Below are positions 60,178 to 64,000 of a DNA stretch of 64,000 nucleotides, piece by piece; the stretch's first letter is position 1; each line of letters starts with the position of its first letter. This DNA is from Eledone cirrhosa. Lineage: Eukaryota. The position numbers and the translations under genes were made by a program. The stretch is from assembly GCA_964016885.1 (NCBI GenBank), contig OZ024741.1, positions 157,604,001-157,668,000 of the forward strand, in the 5' to 3' direction. The notes under the pieces are model-generated. The model had not been told where the DNA came from, did no database searches, and saw only the letters and a program-made list of their open reading frames with translations.

Positions 60178-62690
60178 AGTTGTTTACCAACTTACCATCA
60201 AGACACCCAGCTTTTTGATATCCTCAGAGCTGCTGCCAGAAAAACACCCATGTATGTTTTCATTGCAGGCGACTTCAATTACTTTGAGATTGATTTGGAA
60301 ACCTTCTGTTGGCCACAAAGTGCAAATGATTTTTTTGAGCTAGTCCCAAGTAGTCACCTCCCCCACAAGAGGTAACAACACTTTAGATTTACTCTTTACC
60401 ACCACTCTTGAAACGGTTATTAGTGTCACTATCGAGGAACCTTTAGGTGACTCTGATCATACTATGATCATTGCCAATCTGTCTCTTATGGGCAGTAACG
60501 AAAACTACAACCATCAAACTGTTCACTTTGACTGGAATAAAGCAGATTGGAATTTTTACTGTACTGAGCTACAACACCCAAACTGCCTTCAATTTTACGA
60601 CTCTGGAGATGTGAATACTATACTTCAGAACATCCTGAATTTAATGTGGACAGCATGTGCAGCATCAGTAACATGTAAGCACAAAAACTTCCCAAAAGTG
60701 CAATTTGGGAGATTGCATCAGTCAGGAAAGAACTTTGTGATGCTGAACGGGAATACAGACTACATAGAGGTTAATAGAAAAAAGTGCAATAGATCATCTA
60801 ACCATCTTAAGCAGGTGGCAAAAAAAGCAGTGCTTGAATTTGAACAATGTATAGCAACTAACCCTGACAGCAAAGTGTTCTGGAAATATGTACATTCAAA
60901 GTAGAGACTCACTCTCCAGCTGGTCCTCTTTGCAATCCCCATGCAGGCCAGATTACTGATGATCCCTAAGAATGTGCAGAACTTATTGCTGAATGCTATG
61001 CAGGCATTTTTACTGTGGAAAATCAATATGTACCATCTCCACTACCTCTGACATCAAATTCTATAGAAACTTTGGTATTTACACCTCCAATGCTGTGACA
61101 CCACCTTAAGAATAAATGCAACTATGCCTCTCACAGTCTTAATGGTGTTACGTACCTGCTTCTCAAATTTGGTGGGTACTCTCTCCTGCACCAGCTTTCA
61201 CTCTTCTTTCAATTCTACCTTAATGGTGTTTCCCTAGGGCAGTGGGAAACTGCCAGTGTCATTCCTCTGCTCAAAAAAGGTGATTACAGTCTTACTAGTG
61301 GCATCACCAAATAGATGAAGTCCTGTGTCAGAGAAACACTCTGGAACTTCTGGAACTCTCACACCTTATCCAGTCCTCGCAATTTGGATTTATCACTAAC
61401 TCCAACTGCTGTGATCAACGCATCAAGTTTCTTGAAGACATTACCTGAATCACTGATGGCAGCTCATGGGTGGGTGTTATTTATCTTGACTTTGCTAAAG
61501 CTTTTCATTCTGTGCTACACAAAAGACTTATGGCAAAACTCTCTGCAATGGTTATGAGAGATGATCTTTATAACTGGTTGAAGTCATTCATTCTCAGTCG
61601 AAAAGAAGTAGTCATGGTTCTTGGACAGCATTTTTCACCCTATGAGATGTCATCTGGTGTACCACAGAGATCTGCTCTTGGTCCCCTTTTGTTTGTGGCA
61701 TATATTAATGACATAGATGCCAACTTAAAGAATGTCACAGTGCTGAAATATGCAGTTGACATCAAGCTGTACCTTGAGATAAAAAGGACAGATCCTGTAC
61801 GCTACAGATCTTTCCTGCCATCAGACCCCGACAATGCAGCAATGGACTATGGACTGGCAACTCAAGCTGGCTGTAGACAAGTATTCCATACATTTGAGGA
61901 AGAAAAACCCACAACACAACACCAATCTCTAGAAGTCTGGGCAGTATTGTCAACAGCTATTTGCGCTGGACAAAGCACATCTCTAAAATTGTTAAGAAGG
62001 CCAAGAGTGTCTTGGCATCACTCGGCAAGACCTTTGTCAGCTGCTCTTCAGCTATCTATTTAAAGCTGTATATAACTATGGTGCAGCCACACTTATATTT
62101 TGCATCCCCAATCTGAAACCCCTATCTTACTTAGAATATTGATCTCCTGAAAACTGATGAGAGACATGCAACCAAACGAATGCCCTCCATCAGGCATCTA
62201 CCATACTTTGAATGCCTTTCTTCCCTGGGCATGGATATATTAAAGCTCCAACATCTGCCAACTGACTTAGTAGACACCCAGAAGATTATTAACCATTTTT
62301 CCAACAACAACACTGAGCATCTTTTTGAATTCCATGTGTCTAACACCCGTGGACATGCTTACAAAATCAGAAAACAGTACAGCTCCTATGACTTTCTGAA
62401 ACATTTTTTCACATTCAGAGTTGCTGAAGCATGGAACAAATTACCTGCATTGGTTGTTAGCTGTCAGGATACTGCATCCTTCAAAACTTCCATGCTTCCT
62501 GAAATTCGCCAACTCTACACATGATATTCCCCCTCCATAAACATGCATGCATGTGTGTGTGCGTGTGTGGTGCATGTGTGTGTATCATAACTCATACACA
62601 GTTCACTTTCCTGGCATTTGTACATTATTTTACATACTATACATGCACTTTTGATGAGTTGTAGTGCACCTGAGCACTGTACACAATAAT
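60178..62690 (+). mobile_element. Decayed CR1-group LINE (endonuclease and RT)
   Basis: FIAGDFN, TLDLLFT, LGDSDH, IYLDFAKAF, SGVPQRSALGPLLF..YINDI, NTRGH..FFTFRVAEAWNKLP. Confidence 0.85.
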
Positions 62691-62705
62691 TATCTTTATT
62701 ATATA

Positions 62706-63263
62706 TAATTGTTTCTACTTTTTGGCACAAGGCCAGCAATTATCCAGTGCATTACTGGTACTTTATTTTATCGACCCCATAAGGATGAAAGGCAAAGTTA
62801 ACCTCGGCGGGATTTGAACTCAGAATGGCAAGGGCCGTAACTTTATTATATATAATGTTTATATATAATATAAAGGTGGTGGATTGGTAGTATTGGTGGA
62901 GCGTCAGACACCATACTTTGCAGCATAGAGTTATGGCCCTTTGCGTTCTGAGTTCAAATCCACCCCCGAGGTTAACTTTACCTTTCATCCTTACGGCGTC
63001 GATAAAATAAAGCACTAGTAATACACTGGGGTAATTGCTGGTCTTGTGCCAAAAGTAGAAACAATTATTATATATAATTGTTTCTACTTTTGGCACAAGG
63101 CCAGCAAATACGCAGTACATTACTGGTACTTTATTTTATCAACCCTGTAAGGATGAAAGGCAAAGTTAACCTCGGCGGGATTTGAACTCAGAATGGCAAG
63201 GGCCGTAACTCTATGCGTCAAAGCATGGCGTCCGATCCTCAACCGATACTGCCAATCCACTGC
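62706..63263. mobile_element. Three tRNA-derived SINEs in alternating orientation (-, +, -)
   Basis: ~62706-62841(-), 62876-63066(+), 63077-63263(-). Confidence 0.85.
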
Positions 63264-63863
63264 CCTTTATTATATATAATGTTGATGAAAATGATGAGTG
63301 TGTATATATAGATCTGTGTCCTTGATTTTCCTTTCACCTATGTCTGTGTAACATAGTAGTTTGACAAAAAAGATTAATAAAATATGTACTGGTGTCGATG
63401 TAATCAACTAAATTCCTTTAAGGAGGTGCCCCTGCCTTGCTGTTGTCTAATGGATGAAACTAGTAAAAGATACATGCATGTCATCATCATCATCATCATC
63501 ATCATCGTTTAACGTCCATCTTCCACGTTAGCATGGGTCTGGACGGGAATTGTCCCACTTGAGGCAAGATTGGTTGTCTTGCTCAGACTGTCTGACGAGT
63601 TTTCTACGGCTGGATGCCCTTCCTAACACCAACCACATTTACAGTGTGGACTGGGAGGTTGTTACCGTGTTACCTACACGGCCACATTACAGCGAGGACT
63701 GTGTGTGTTTTTTGTCGTGACACCTACACGACCTCATATACAAAATGCATATTTGGAAACACACACATATACACATAAAAATATATGCACATGTGATTGA
63801 GTAAATAATTATTGTTTCTATATAGGTAAAAGGTCAGTAATTTTGGTGGAGATAAATGTCGAT

Positions 63864-64000
63864 TGGCGCATGGCTTAGTGGTTAGAGCATTAGGCTTGTA
63901 ATCGAAAGGTTGTGAGTTCAATTCTCAAACCGGGTGATGTGTTGTTTCCTTGAGCAAGACACTTTATTTCACGTTGTTCCAGTTTACTCAGCTGAAAATG
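63864..64000 (+). mobile_element. tRNA-derived SINE 5' part (second family), runs off the window
   Basis: A-box-like TGGCTTAGTGG, B-box-like GAGTTCAATTC, CCTTGAGCAAGACACTTTATTTCAC. Confidence 0.7.

Overview
Eukaryotic, AT-rich, repeat-saturated DNA. The tRNA-derived SINEs, RTE, CR1 and Penelope fragments look like a coleoid cephalopod, probably Octopus; this is inference from remembered repeat families, not a search. No host gene can be identified with confidence. The dominant structure is a ~23.5-kb block (~15.2-38.7 kb) of four head-to-tail, same-strand L1/Tx1-type non-LTR retrotransposons. They carry an ORF1 with a CCHC knuckle and an ORF2 with APE endonuclease, RT and a C-terminal Cys-His motif, and belong to at least three subfamilies. 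Each copy is embedded in a compound (CTAT/CAGT/CTGT)n satellite and none has a poly(A) tail, which suggests a satellite-targeting or satellite-generating Tx1 lineage. The flanks hold several Penelope-like element remnants and about nine type I hammerhead ribozyme motifs, including U3-A8 core variants and pairs on opposite strands of long inverted repeats. They also contain SINE clusters, RTE/CR1 fragments, Tc1/mariner and Helitron pieces, and many micro- and minisatellites. All coordinates were read by eye and may be off by a few bases.
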